Part shown: piece by piece, positions 27,596 through 37,175 of the stretch | How positions within the stretch are numbered: the stretch's first letter is position 1 | Layout of the letters: the number at the start of each line of letters is the position of its first letter | Assembly: GCA_022842995.1 (NCBI GenBank) | Contig: JALHOM010000001.1 | Coordinates: forward strand, 77,985-141,984 | Direction: 5' to 3' | Origin: Candidatus Saccharimonadota bacterium | Lineage (GTDB): Bacteria > Patescibacteriota > Saccharimonadia > Saccharimonadales > 2-12-FULL-41-12 | DNA length: 64,000 nt | Made by a program: the position numbers and the translations under genes | The notes under the pieces: model-generated | Told to the model about the DNA's origin: nothing | Databases searched by the model: none | What the model saw: only the letters and a program-made list of their open reading frames with translations

Positions 27596-30244
27596 CTAAA
27601 GTTCGCCCCAGTTTTTGCCAATCTTGGTGTCGACCGTTAATTTGACCGGCAGTTTATGTACGTTTTCCATAATTTCTTTGAGTTTATGGGCAATTTCTGC
27701 TGTCTTGTCGTCCGGGGCTTCAACCAATATGGAATCGTGGATTTGTAGCAGCATAAAGGCGTCGCCAACCTCGTCCAGATAATCCTGAACCTTGATCATG
27801 GCAAGCTTCATGAGATCTGCCTCGGTACCCTGAATAGGCATATTGATCGCGGCACGCTCTGCCGCCTGACGCACGATAAAATTAGACGAATGAATATCTG
27901 GCATCGGTCGCCGTCGACCAAATAAAGTCTCGACGTAGCCCTGTTTTTTGGCGATTTCTTTGAGGTGATTCATATAATCGAGCAGTGGTTTACGAAGCTC
28001 GAAGTATTTATCGATAAACTGCTTGGCAGCAACAAATGTCATTCCGGTTGCAGCGCTCAAACCATGCGGGCTCATGCCATACAAAATTCCAAAATTAATC
28101 ACTTTGGCGTCACGTCGCATGGTTTTAGTAACGTCTTCTGGTAAGCGCCCGTAGACCTGTGCAGCAGTTGCGGTGTGAATATCCATATCGGCATTGAACA
28201 TATCTATCAGCTCTTTGTCTTCAGCCAAAACAGCAGCCAGCCTGAGTTCAAACTGGCTATAATCGGCGCTGATGAGGCTGTAGCCCGGGCGCGTGATAAA
28301 GGCTGTGCGAATCCGGTTGCCGAGTTCCGTCCGCGTCGGGATATTTTGCAGATTCGGTTCAAGACTCGATAAACGCCCCGTCTGGGCAGTCGTTAGGCTA
28401 AAGGTGGTATGTAGTCTGTCTTCTGAATCTACCTGGTTTGGTAGCGTCTCGACGTAGGTATTCATGAGTTTCGTTACTTCGCGGTACTGCGTTATCAACT
28501 CTACTATTGGATGGAGAGCACGTAATTTATCCAGCTCGTTGGCCGCCGTAGAATAACCAGTTTTGCCTTTTTTTACACCTTGAGTAGGCAGGCCCAGCTT
28601 CTCGAACAATATGGTCGATAATTGCTGCGGTGACGAAATATTGAACTGTTCATCGGCATGCCCATAAATTTCTTGTTCAAGGTCGGAAATTGTGTCCTTC
28701 AGCTCCTCGGCAAAGTTCTTTAGGTAGTCGCTATCGAGCAAAATTCCCCGATGCTCCATCATGCCGAGCACTGGAATAACCGGCCATTCAATGTCGCTCG
28801 CGAGCTTGATAATCATCGTCAGCTCGCTCATTTGCTCGGACTGCAGGGCGTGAAGTTTGCGAATAATATCAATAATTAATGGCACTCTTTCTAAAAATTC
28901 ATCGGGAGATATCGTATCGAGTTCTACCCCGTCATAGCCCAAATCCGACCGAGCTAAATCAGTGAGAGACTGCTCTCTCCTGAGAGAATTGATCAAAAAT
29001 GCCCCGATCAAAACGTCGTGCGAAACATTGCGGATATCTGCGCCTACTTCACTGGCGACCTCTAGCGATGATTTTAGGTCATGGCCAATAAGTTCAGTCT
29101 TCTCTAGATTTGCCAAAACACGCCGCAGGTCTTCGTCACCCACCCCATCGCTATGAATTACATATATGAGATTCGGTTTCGGAGAGATAACGACGTAGCG
29201 CCAGCGTTTCCCGTGTTTACCCTCGCAGTAACTGTGTATAACAGCCTCTTTCATGTCGGTTGGGATATCTAGTATTCCATCGGGTTTAGTAATGTTTACC
29301 ACCTTGGCCTTGGCAGAAAAATCAAAAGAGGCGGCAGAAGTCTGCACAGCAGATTCATCTACTCGCATAATCTCGGGCAACTGCCGGACCAAGCTCCTAA
29401 ACTCTAGCTTCTGCAACTGCGCCATAACCTTATTGGGATCGCATTTGCTGCCGTCGACCTCCTTAAAATCAAGCTTCAAAGGTGCGTCGGTCCAAATACG
29501 AGCGAGTTCTTTACTTAAATAAGCAGAATCCTTGCCCTCGACCAGTTTTTTATGGGTCGAACCAGAGATTAAATCAATATTTTCATAGATTCCGTCGAGG
29601 GTTTTATGCTCCTGAAGCAGCGCGATGGCTCCTTTTTCGCCAATGCCGGGAACTCCCGGGATATTATCGGAACTATCGCCTTTCAGAGCCTTGAGGTCCA
29701 AAAACTGATCCGGCGTGACACCATATTTCTCGGTAAAGCTTTCTGGGTGATATTCCTCGATACTACTCAGGCCTTTTTTGAGCGCATAGACCTTCACGTG
29801 ACCGTTGATTAGCTGAAGCATATCTAAATCTGAGGTTACGAGTAGTGTCTCGACATCTTTTTCACGAGCCTGCACTGCCAAAGACCCCATAATATCGTCG
29901 GCCTCATAATCATCTAGCTCATACAGAGGCCAGCCAAAGGCATCCAGCAATTCGTGAAGCAATGGTATTTGCGCATAAAAATCTGGTGGGGGCGGCTTGC
30001 GACCAGCTTTATAGGCCGGATACATCTCTAGCCGACGACGAATATTGGTCTTCGGCTTATCCCACGCCACACAGACATAATCTGGCTTCAGGCGCTTAAT
30101 GACTTCCAGGGCCATAACGGCAAAACCATACACTCCACCAGTTGGCGTGCCGTCCTTGGTCGACAGATTTGGCATGGCATAATACCCACGGTAAAAAACC
30201 GATTTTCCGTCGATAATTACTAGTTTTTTCCGAGCCTCACTCAT
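27596..30244 (-). CDS. polA: DNA polymerase I
   Basis: 5'-3' exonuclease (EADD, GDSSDNIPGVPGIG), TGRLSS..PNLQNIP, ADYSQFELR, KVINFGILYG, QIHDS. Confidence 0.98.
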   Translation of the reverse strand: MSEARKKLVIIDGKSVFYRGYYAMPNLSTKDGTPTGGVYGFAVMALEVIKRLKPDYVCVAWDKPKTNIRRRLEMYPAYKAGRKPPPPDFYAQIPLLHELLDAFGWPLYELDDYEADDIMGSLAVQAREKDVETLLVTSDLDMLQLINGHVKVYALKKGLSSIEEYHPESFTEKYGVTPDQFLDLKALKGDSSDNIPGVPGIGEKGAIALLQEHKTLDGIYENIDLISGSTHKKLVEGKDSAYLSKELARIWTDAPLKLDFKEVDGSKCDPNKVMAQLQKLEFRSLVRQLPEIMRVDESAVQTSAASFDFSAKAKVVNITKPDGILDIPTDMKEAVIHSYCEGKHGKRWRYVVISPKPNLIYVIHSDGVGDEDLRRVLANLEKTELIGHDLKSSLEVASEVGADIRNVSHDVLIGAFLINSLRREQSLTDLARSDLGYDGVELDTISPDEFLERVPLIIDIIRKLHALQSEQMSELTMIIKLASDIEWPVIPVLGMMEHRGILLDSDYLKNFAEELKDTISDLEQEIYGHADEQFNISSPQQLSTILFEKLGLPTQGVKKGKTGYSTAANELDKLRALHPIVELITQYREVTKLMNTYVETLPNQVDSEDRLHTTFSLTTAQTGRLSSLEPNLQNIPTRTELGNRIRTAFITRPGYSLISADYSQFELRLAAVLAEDKELIDMFNADMDIHTATAAQVYGRLPEDVTKTMRRDAKVINFGILYGMSPHGLSAATGMTFVAAKQFIDKYFELRKPLLDYMNHLKEIAKKQGYVETLFGRRRPMPDIHSSNFIVRQAAERAAINMPIQGTEADLMKLAMIKVQDYLDEVGDAFMLLQIHDSILVEAPDDKTAEIAHKLKEIMENVHKLPVKLTVDTKIGKNWGEL

Positions 30245-30315
30245 TACGTATTAGTATACGCCATTGTACCGGGATTGAGAGCAGGCCACATTTTTGAGCA
30301 AAAGATCATCGATCT

Positions 30316-30978
30316 TTACCCACGTTGAGCGAGATTGTCTAAAACGCTGGATACTTTATCGGCTTGCATCCTAATTTGCTCGACATCCTTTTTGCCAGTT
30401 CCATAGCGGTCAACCGGACTTCTATCAGTTTCCCTAAATCCAAGCCTACTAAGCCAATCAATTACACCGGTGTTCAATGCATCTGGATATGCGGCAACAG
30501 GTTGGTTGGGATTAGCTGCTTCAAGTAAAACGCTAAGCATAGATCTTGCCACTCCCTGGTTTTGATATTCAGGATAAACGGCAATCATACTAATCCATAA
30601 AAAACGCTTACTCGGATTAGGACCATAGCGCTTAATTAGCCGCTCGTGCAAAGGCCCTGATACATTTTGGGCTGCGAAAAGTGTGCCGACCACCGCAGAC
30701 CCACCTACTTCACGAGCGACGATTACTTTCGAACCCCATAATTCATTCCCAGCCCGAATCCGACCCCCAACATCACGATTTGGGTCGATTAGTGACTGCA
30801 TGTAGCCTTCGGGGTCATTCCACCGAACGAAATGATCCACTTGCTCGGATGTGCGGCGATGTTCCTCGGGTAACTGTAACTGTCGAAATCCCTCAGCCTC
30901 TCGTGAAACCTTCTGAACATCTCTACATAGTTCAGGAGTTAGTTCAGGAACACCAAGTAATCGAAAATCGTATTTCAT
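30316..30978 (-). CDS. GNAT-family acetyltransferase
   Basis: IAVYPEYQNQGVAR, N..VIDWLSRLGF. Confidence 0.75.
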   Translation of the reverse strand: MKYDFRLLGVPELTPELCRDVQKVSREAEGFRQLQLPEEHRRTSEQVDHFVRWNDPEGYMQSLIDPNRDVGGRIRAGNELWGSKVIVAREVGGSAVVGTLFAAQNVSGPLHERLIKRYGPNPSKRFLWISMIAVYPEYQNQGVARSMLSVLLEAANPNQPVAAYPDALNTGVIDWLSRLGFRETDRSPVDRYGTGKKDVEQIRMQADKVSSVLDNLAQRG

Positions 30979-31261
30979 ATCTAAAAATCCTGCTCTGGCC
31001 TAAATTCTCTCAAGAGAATATCATGTCTGGTGTCGAACAATTTCTTGAGCATTACGTACAATTTGCCCGAGTGCAGTAAATGGATTTTGATGAGTAGCTG
31101 CAGGCTCCGTACCCGTACCTAGCTCGAACGCATCCGAAATTACGTATGTTGCCGGAAGTTCAATTCGGCCTGAATCATGCGCAACAAGTGAACGAAGCAT
31201 TTGTCCACTGTTCTGCAGCCAATTTCCTGCATTTGTAGCCACTAAGACACTTGTTTCTCCT

Positions 31262-31549
31262 GAAATTCGATCAGCAACATGCGAAAACACTTCGTCGCCA
31301 TTTGACGTATTTGGTTTAAAAACTTCAACGGCAGTATCTGGCGATGTCGTACAGGCTATATTGCTATCTGAACAAGGCTATGGGATTTCGATTGAACACC
31401 CTGTTATTGCCGAAAGTTTCCGTGAAATACTCAAACTACTGCATCACTATATAAAGCTCAGGCCCGACTACGAACAAGTCCTCAAAGAGTCGAAGTTTGA
31501 CATGATTCCAGATGAGCCAGCGTCAACATCTAAAGCTAAGATAAATTAA
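31262..31549 (+). pseudogene. Remnant of TrmB-like regulator C-terminal domain
   Basis: In-frame PFDVFGLKTSTAVSGDVVQAILLSEQGYGISIEHPVIAESFREILKLL resembles CPR TrmB-type sensor C-termini; no start or HTH, upstream part in another frame. Confidence 0.4.
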
Positions 31550-31676
31550 TCATGATTGATCATTTAAAAATCAACGCCTCTCGGGCTGGTATGAAATTTT
31601 CATGAAAATATGTTCTTAATTTTGCAGTATAGTTAATTTGGTTGTATAATACTGTTTGTTAATTTTAGAGACAAAC

Positions 31677-32174
31677 ATGAAAACAAATATTGAAGAGTTG
31701 CGACCCGTCGCGCCCGCTTGCCCTGACACTGTTGATACTTTTCTGGAGTTAGTTGGGGCACTAACCGGAAATACTGCCCGAGTTTTACAGGCCGTAAAAA
31801 ATCGAGGAGAACCAAACGAAACCTCCACACAACTATCGTACTTTCCCGAAGGAATTACATCCCCCGAGATACCTTACGTTAAGCTCCTGGGTATTCTGTC
31901 GGTAAGCCACGCGCTCGATGATCCTCGACTCAACAAAGACGCGACAGCGATAACTGCCTACACTCTACTAGAAATTGCCGGATTCAAGCAGATCACCCCG
32001 ATTAGAGAAGTTATGATAGATCTTGATTTTGTCGACCCAGACAAGCACGAACAACCCGATTTAATATACGAAATTTTGGGGCCGCGGCGCGGACCACTCG
32101 GTGACGCCGAGGTTTATCAATTATTCGGTCTTTTGACGCCACTTATGGCCGTCCGGCGACCTGTTGAAGCATAG
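31677..32174 (+). CDS. Orphan hypothetical protein
   Basis: ORF with TTGCAG-17-TATAAT promoter upstream; ATG 31677. Confidence 0.6.
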   Translation: MKTNIEELRPVAPACPDTVDTFLELVGALTGNTARVLQAVKNRGEPNETSTQLSYFPEGITSPEIPYVKLLGILSVSHALDDPRLNKDATAITAYTLLEIAGFKQITPIREVMIDLDFVDPDKHEQPDLIYEILGPRRGPLGDAEVYQLFGLLTPLMAVRRPVEA

Positions 32175-33006
32175 TTTTGTAAACTATCTTCAATATTTGC
32201 CGCTTGCCAGGTTTAACTTTACGCTCATAGACTATCAGCGGATTAGCCAAAATCACTTCTGCCGACCATCCATACAGATTATTTGCTATAGCAATAGCTA
32301 GGCGCTTTCTGAGCGGAATAAATTTGTATCCAGCCTCAGCTTGAGCTTGCCATTTTTTGTAACGATCTATTTCCGCCCGCATAAATCTGTTAAAGTCGAC
32401 CGGACTACTTGTAGCAGTCTCTTCGTTTAAATCCTTGAGCCCATATGCCCTCAGTTGCTCGGTTGGAAAATACTGGCGTTCCAAGCCATTGTCTTCGTCT
32501 ATATCCCGAATAAAATTCACCCACTGCATCGCCCTACCCTGGGTTTGCGCTGCTTTATAACTAGCCTTCGGCAGACCTAATATTTTGGCCATCATCAGCC
32601 CGATAACTTCGGCCGATCCATACACATAGTCGAGCGAATCATTCAGCGTTCGGCATTTTTGGTGATCAAGATCGGACTCCATTGCCTGCAAGAAAGCCTC
32701 GACCCACTCTGGATTAATATCGTATTTACGCACCAAATAAACCATGTTTTTTACCGCACGCTTTTGCGCTGTATCATTCGGCGAGAACCATAACTCAGAT
32801 TTTTGGAGTTGCTTTTGCCAGGCATCTTTAAACGCCATAAACCCTCTGCTGTCAGCCGGCCGATCATCAACAAAGTTATCCGCTAATCGAACAAAGCTAT
32901 ACAAGCGAAAGACATCAACCCGCACCTTCCGCGGGAAAAACAGCGAACTCACGTAGTACGTTTTGCTCGCCTTCTTAAAAATTTTTGACTCGAGCTTACG
33001 GCCCAC
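32143..33006 (-). CDS. crtB: Phytoene/squalene synthase family (CrtB-like)
   Basis: SKTYY..SLFF, LYSFVRLADNFVDD, YVYGSAEVIGLMM, QWVNFIRDIDED. Confidence 0.88.
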   Translation of the reverse strand: MGRKLESKIFKKASKTYYVSSLFFPRKVRVDVFRLYSFVRLADNFVDDRPADSRGFMAFKDAWQKQLQKSELWFSPNDTAQKRAVKNMVYLVRKYDINPEWVEAFLQAMESDLDHQKCRTLNDSLDYVYGSAEVIGLMMAKILGLPKASYKAAQTQGRAMQWVNFIRDIDEDNGLERQYFPTEQLRAYGLKDLNEETATSSPVDFNRFMRAEIDRYKKWQAQAEAGYKFIPLRKRLAIAIANNLYGWSAEVILANPLIVYERKVKPGKRQILKIVYKTMLQQVAGRP

Positions 33007-33019
33007 TTTTTGCCCTTTC

Positions 33020-34105
33020 TTACGTTTTTCGCTCCAGGAAATAGCCTGCCATATTTCGCAAAAAATCTAATGAAGATTTATCAAATATTTCAGATACGAC
33101 CTGTATTTCTCGGAGTGCCCGGGCATTTTCACGAAACTCGCGTTCCTTAACCACCGCGTAAGCACCCAAACTATGTGCAAGCTCAACAAATTTCGTAAAA
33201 TCGTCCGGACTGATATTCTCATTACCCAATGTCTTTGAAATGAATAAGCGTTGGTCTGCGTTTGCGACTTTCATCATCTCCGCAACAATTAATGTTCGCT
33301 TGCCTTCACAAATATCACTGTCCTTGTCCTTGCCGTTGTTGCTCGATTCATAGGTTTGACGGTCATCACCTAACTGGAAAAGCATGCCAAGAGCATCCCC
33401 TAAGGCTTCTACCATTTTTAGTTGACCCGCCGAAGCATCTCCAAGGAGCATTCCAACTTGAAGTGGCATCGTAATAGTATAAAGTGAGGTTTTGAGCCGG
33501 ATCACACGCTCTATTTCCTCCGGCAATACCTGATTTCTGTAAGCGTTGATAACATCGTAGGTTTGACCGCTTGCTGTAGCTACTAAACAATCGTTAATCA
33601 TTGTGGTAGTTTTTTTAATCCGGTCTTCAGGGAAGCCTTTCAGCCATTGCCATTCTCGTGCAGCGAAATGCTGAATAGAAAAAATTGCGTTGCACGCCAG
33701 AGATAATCCGATATGATCTGCCACTTCCGGATAATCCCCGCGATATTCTTCCGCTAAGGCCACGTGGGTAACCGGTAGTCCGTGTCTAGTCCGTGCTCTA
33801 TCTTGGATATCGTCTATTCCTAAAATATAGGCATGAAATAACTCCATTAGAGCACCCGCATGGGCAATCTGGTCGGCCTTCGATTCCTCACCACCAACAA
33901 GCCGATAGCCCACACCAATAAGGATACCTCTAATGCGCTTCGACTCCCTCGAAGTGTACTGATTAAGTAGCGGTATATATGGCCCAAAAGCTTCCTCGCC
34001 GTACTTCTCCATGACCTCATCTCGAATTTGTTCAGCTACCGAATCACAGTGTTCGTGAATCGGCTCTTGTTTTTTTTCTAATTCGGATGCAAAGCCTTTT
34101 ATCAC
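33020..34105 (-). CDS. Polyprenyl diphosphate synthase (CrtE/IdsA-like)
   Basis: KRIRG, ELFHAYILGIDDIQD..RTRHG, GQTYD, KTSLYT, FQLGDD, EGKRT. Confidence 0.88.
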   Translation of the reverse strand: MIKGFASELEKKQEPIHEHCDSVAEQIRDEVMEKYGEEAFGPYIPLLNQYTSRESKRIRGILIGVGYRLVGGEESKADQIAHAGALMELFHAYILGIDDIQDRARTRHGLPVTHVALAEEYRGDYPEVADHIGLSLACNAIFSIQHFAAREWQWLKGFPEDRIKKTTTMINDCLVATASGQTYDVINAYRNQVLPEEIERVIRLKTSLYTITMPLQVGMLLGDASAGQLKMVEALGDALGMLFQLGDDRQTYESSNNGKDKDSDICEGKRTLIVAEMMKVANADQRLFISKTLGNENISPDDFTKFVELAHSLGAYAVVKEREFRENARALREIQVVSEIFDKSSLDFLRNMAGYFLERKT

Positions 34106-34686
34106 AAATACTCTTTCAAAGCGGCTTTGGCCTGCAGGATGAAATCATCAAGGCTTGAAGCGTTGTTTTCTATGACAATATCGGCCATCCTCTTCATGGC
34201 TACTAAGTTAGATATTGTCTTATCGCTCTGATCGACATCGATCTCTGATCTTTCTGTTGCCATGAACTCTTCAAATGATCTACCCGATTCATTAGCGTCT
34301 CTTTGACGTTTCTGCGAACGCTCATACCTAATTTGAGGGTCAGCATCGACAAAAATCAGCTTACCGCCAAGTTCATGGATTCGTTCCTCTTCGCCAATTG
34401 CTCTCACGCCACTGGCGATACAACCCCCCGGATACCGATCTTTAGCCGATAGCCAATCTTCATAGACAATATCAATCAAAAAACCAGGACCTCTTTCGGC
34501 GCGCAAATTATTTATAAATGGATCATTTCGAGTCAACAATGCCTCTGGCCGATCACCGAAAACATCTCGTTTCATCTGGCGAATACGATCCGACGTCGAA
34601 ACATGCAAAAAACCATGGTTTTCTTGCAACCAATTTCCCAAACTATCCTTACCGGCATTCAACGTACCGGCCAACCCAAATATCAT
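34102..34686 (-). CDS. P-loop nucleotide kinase-like (dephospho-CoA/cytidylate kinase-like) protein
   Basis: GLAGTLNAGKDS Walker A, VDADPQIRYER, ADIVIEN. Confidence 0.75.
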   Translation of the reverse strand: MIFGLAGTLNAGKDSLGNWLQENHGFLHVSTSDRIRQMKRDVFGDRPEALLTRNDPFINNLRAERGPGFLIDIVYEDWLSAKDRYPGGCIASGVRAIGEEERIHELGGKLIFVDADPQIRYERSQKRQRDANESGRSFEEFMATERSEIDVDQSDKTISNLVAMKRMADIVIENNASSLDDFILQAKAALKEYL

Positions 34687-34725
34687 ATGTATTATTCTAC
34701 CTGCTTGTACTCAAAAAATTAAATT

Positions 34726-35913
34726 CTAAGTACGAATAAGTAAGGCGTCTGCTGCTTGCATTTTTCTTAAAGCTGAATTTTCTAACTTTCGGATAGCGTC
34801 ACGATTCACGCCATTTAATTTTGCGACCTCGTCTTGGGTTTGTTGTTGATTTCCAAATAAGCCAAATCTGCGCACTAGCACGTCGCGCTCTTTTCCAGTG
34901 AGTTTAGCTTCCTGAAAAGCGGCCTCTATATCATCACTCAATGCATTAGCAAATACTTGTTCCACGATTGCCAGTTCTGGATCCGCTATTCTTTCAACAT
35001 ACGTAGTCACCTTACTGCTCTTTGTCTGATCGCCAAAAGGCCTATCTAGTGATGGCGTTACACCAAGATCTCTCGATCGCTTTATATCTTCTACCTCTTC
35101 GACTGACATATCGAGTTCACAGGCAACCTCCTCTATGGCTGGTTCTCTCTGGAGAGCATAGCTCAATTCTCTCTCAACCCTCTCTAGCCGGTTGATATTG
35201 TGAACTACATGAACCGGTCTACGAATATTCGACCCCTTATCTGCAATTGCCCGCCTTATAAACTGATCAATCCAATTTGTAGCGTATGTAGAGAATTTGA
35301 AGCCCCTCCGATAATCAAACTTCTCTACGGCTCTCATAAGACCCAGGTTGCCCTCAGCTATTAAATCCATAAAATCTAAACCCTTGCCTTGATATCTCTT
35401 CGCTACACTAACAACAAGCCTGAGATTGCTTTCAATAAATTTATTTTTAGCCGTTAAATCACCTTGTTCAACCTTTTTAGCAAGCTCAACTTCTTGGACT
35501 CCCTTTAGCAAGGGATACCTCGCAATCTCCCTGAGGTAAAGTCCGACTAGATCTAGCCCTCCTTTGTCTCGTTTATGCTCCACTGGATCTGATCCGGATA
35601 AATCGATAGTGCGATCTGGCTTTACTGTAATGTCACCCTGATCAGCTAATGCAGGTGCTTCTTCTGGGGCTTCCTCATGACTAGAGGCTACTGTGGAGCA
35701 GGTGCCGTTTTCACTTTCATCAACCCAACTCTGGACAGTTTCAGCAAGAGGTCTATCCTCAGGAGGTGAAGGCTCTGGATCGCCTTCATTAACACGACTT
35801 ACAGTACCGACTCTCGAGATTAACTTTGCGGCATCGACGATTCTGCGCGTAGCCTTACTATCGCCTAGTGCAATTTCGTATTGCATCGCTGATTTACCTA
35901 CATTTTTTGACAT
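34726..35913 (-). CDS. Divergent sigma-70 factor (paralog 3) with long N-terminal extension
   Basis: Region 1.2 [12 protein letters not shown], region 2 [35 protein letters not shown], region 4 HTH. Confidence 0.92.
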   Translation of the reverse strand: MSKNVGKSAMQYEIALGDSKATRRIVDAAKLISRVGTVSRVNEGDPEPSPPEDRPLAETVQSWVDESENGTCSTVASSHEEAPEEAPALADQGDITVKPDRTIDLSGSDPVEHKRDKGGLDLVGLYLREIARYPLLKGVQEVELAKKVEQGDLTAKNKFIESNLRLVVSVAKRYQGKGLDFMDLIAEGNLGLMRAVEKFDYRRGFKFSTYATNWIDQFIRRAIADKGSNIRRPVHVVHNINRLERVERELSYALQREPAIEEVACELDMSVEEVEDIKRSRDLGVTPSLDRPFGDQTKSSKVTTYVERIADPELAIVEQVFANALSDDIEAAFQEAKLTGKERDVLVRRFGLFGNQQQTQDEVAKLNGVNRDAIRKLENSALRKMQAADALLIRT

Positions 35914-35975
35914 ATAATATTTAATATATCAAAAAAATGATATTTAAGCACAACCGACTTCAAAGAGTCTAGAAC

Positions 35976-36056
35976 TTACTTTATGTAGTCGTGGAGTTTA
36001 CGGGCGTTTTTGTGCTTGCGAAGCTTGGCAAGGACTATGGCTTCGGTTGGCGAATC
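35976..36056 (-). pseudogene. Displaced, diverged copy of rpoD 3' end
   Basis: Encodes [25 protein letters not shown] vs rpo[27 protein letters not shown] (37176-37257), with synonymous differences. Confidence 0.9.
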
Positions 36057-36156
36057 TACTAGGTTAGTTATGTGAAGAATTTTAGCCGACGTTTAACTTG
36101 AATTCTATCTGCTGCTGTTGCAATTCCACGTATCTTTTCTCAGGAATAACTCTAGC

Positions 36157-37158
36157 TCACTGCGACAACAAGCCGTGCAAAGATTCTAAAATTTTACGTT
36201 CTCGATTCCTTAAAGTCCCTTCAGTAATATCCAAATTACGAGCAAGTTCTGCTTGTGACATCGACGCAGTCCCTTTCAGCCCAAAACGTTTCCGAACGAC
36301 ACGATACTGATCTTCTGGCAATTGCGCCAATGCAATGCTTAAAGATTCCATCCCTATAGTTCTTTCTGCTATAGCGTGCGTTTCTTCGGGATCCCCCGCC
36401 ATCCGATCTGCTATGATAACCGAATCCTCCCCTCCGTCGCTATAGACTGGCGTGTTAATTGATAACTGCTTGGCTACTAATCCTGCCCTAAAAGCTTCTT
36501 GGACTTGCTCTACAGAAAGCCCTACTTCATTCGCAATTTCTTCGTCAGTGGGTTGTCTTTTTAGTTGAAATGTTAGTCTACCTTCTGCGGATTCGCATTT
36601 AGAAAATCTGTAAAACATTACCTGGGATAAAGTAGCATTAGTGGCATTTACTGGGATGCGACGTTCAATTGCTTGCTTAATCCACCAAGCACCATACGTT
36701 GAAAACCGAAAACCGCGTCGCCAATCATATTTTTCGACAGCACGGAGTAAACCAATATTTGCTTCTTGGACAATATCAACTAAAGGAACACCCCAGCGGG
36801 TATATCGCCTTCCAAAATAAAATGATAAACGTAAATTAGCATTCACAAACTCGGTTATTGCCCCAGAATCAACCTTCTCTACCCTTTTTCCGAGATTTAT
36901 TTCTTCATCTTTAGTCAACAATTTAAATGAATAAGCCATGTTATACATGATTCTCAGCGAGCCTAAAGTTCCGCCATGTTGACGAGCCTGCTGAGCCAAC
37001 AGTCGCTCAAAATCTTCACGATTAATAGAGTAACTGTCCTGGACAGTATCGCCATGAGCTAGTGATTGAGGTTGACCTACTTCAAGTTCAGATGGTTGAC
37101 TAGGTGTTTGCCGACCTTCCGTACTGCGTAGTTGCTCACCAAAAGAGGCCTTGTGCAA
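36157..37158 (-). CDS. Divergent sigma-70 factor (paralog 2)
   Basis: [51 protein letters not shown], region 4 HTH; start uncertain. Confidence 0.9.
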   Translation of the reverse strand: MHKASFGEQLRSTEGRQTPSQPSELEVGQPQSLAHGDTVQDSYSINREDFERLLAQQARQHGGTLGSLRIMYNMAYSFKLLTKDEEINLGKRVEKVDSGAITEFVNANLRLSFYFGRRYTRWGVPLVDIVQEANIGLLRAVEKYDWRRGFRFSTYGAWWIKQAIERRIPVNATNATLSQVMFYRFSKCESAEGRLTFQLKRQPTDEEIANEVGLSVEQVQEAFRAGLVAKQLSINTPVYSDGGEDSVIIADRMAGDPEETHAIAERTIGMESLSIALAQLPEDQYRVVRKRFGLKGTASMSQAELARNLDITEGTLRNRERKILESLHGLLSQ

Positions 37159-37175
37159 AATGAAAACTCATTTCT

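Noticed and set aside
30681..31290. ORFs 30681-31079 (+) and 31021-31290 (-) as genes
   Set aside because: The first is mostly antisense to the GNAT gene; the second has no motif or start signal and lies in a decayed region
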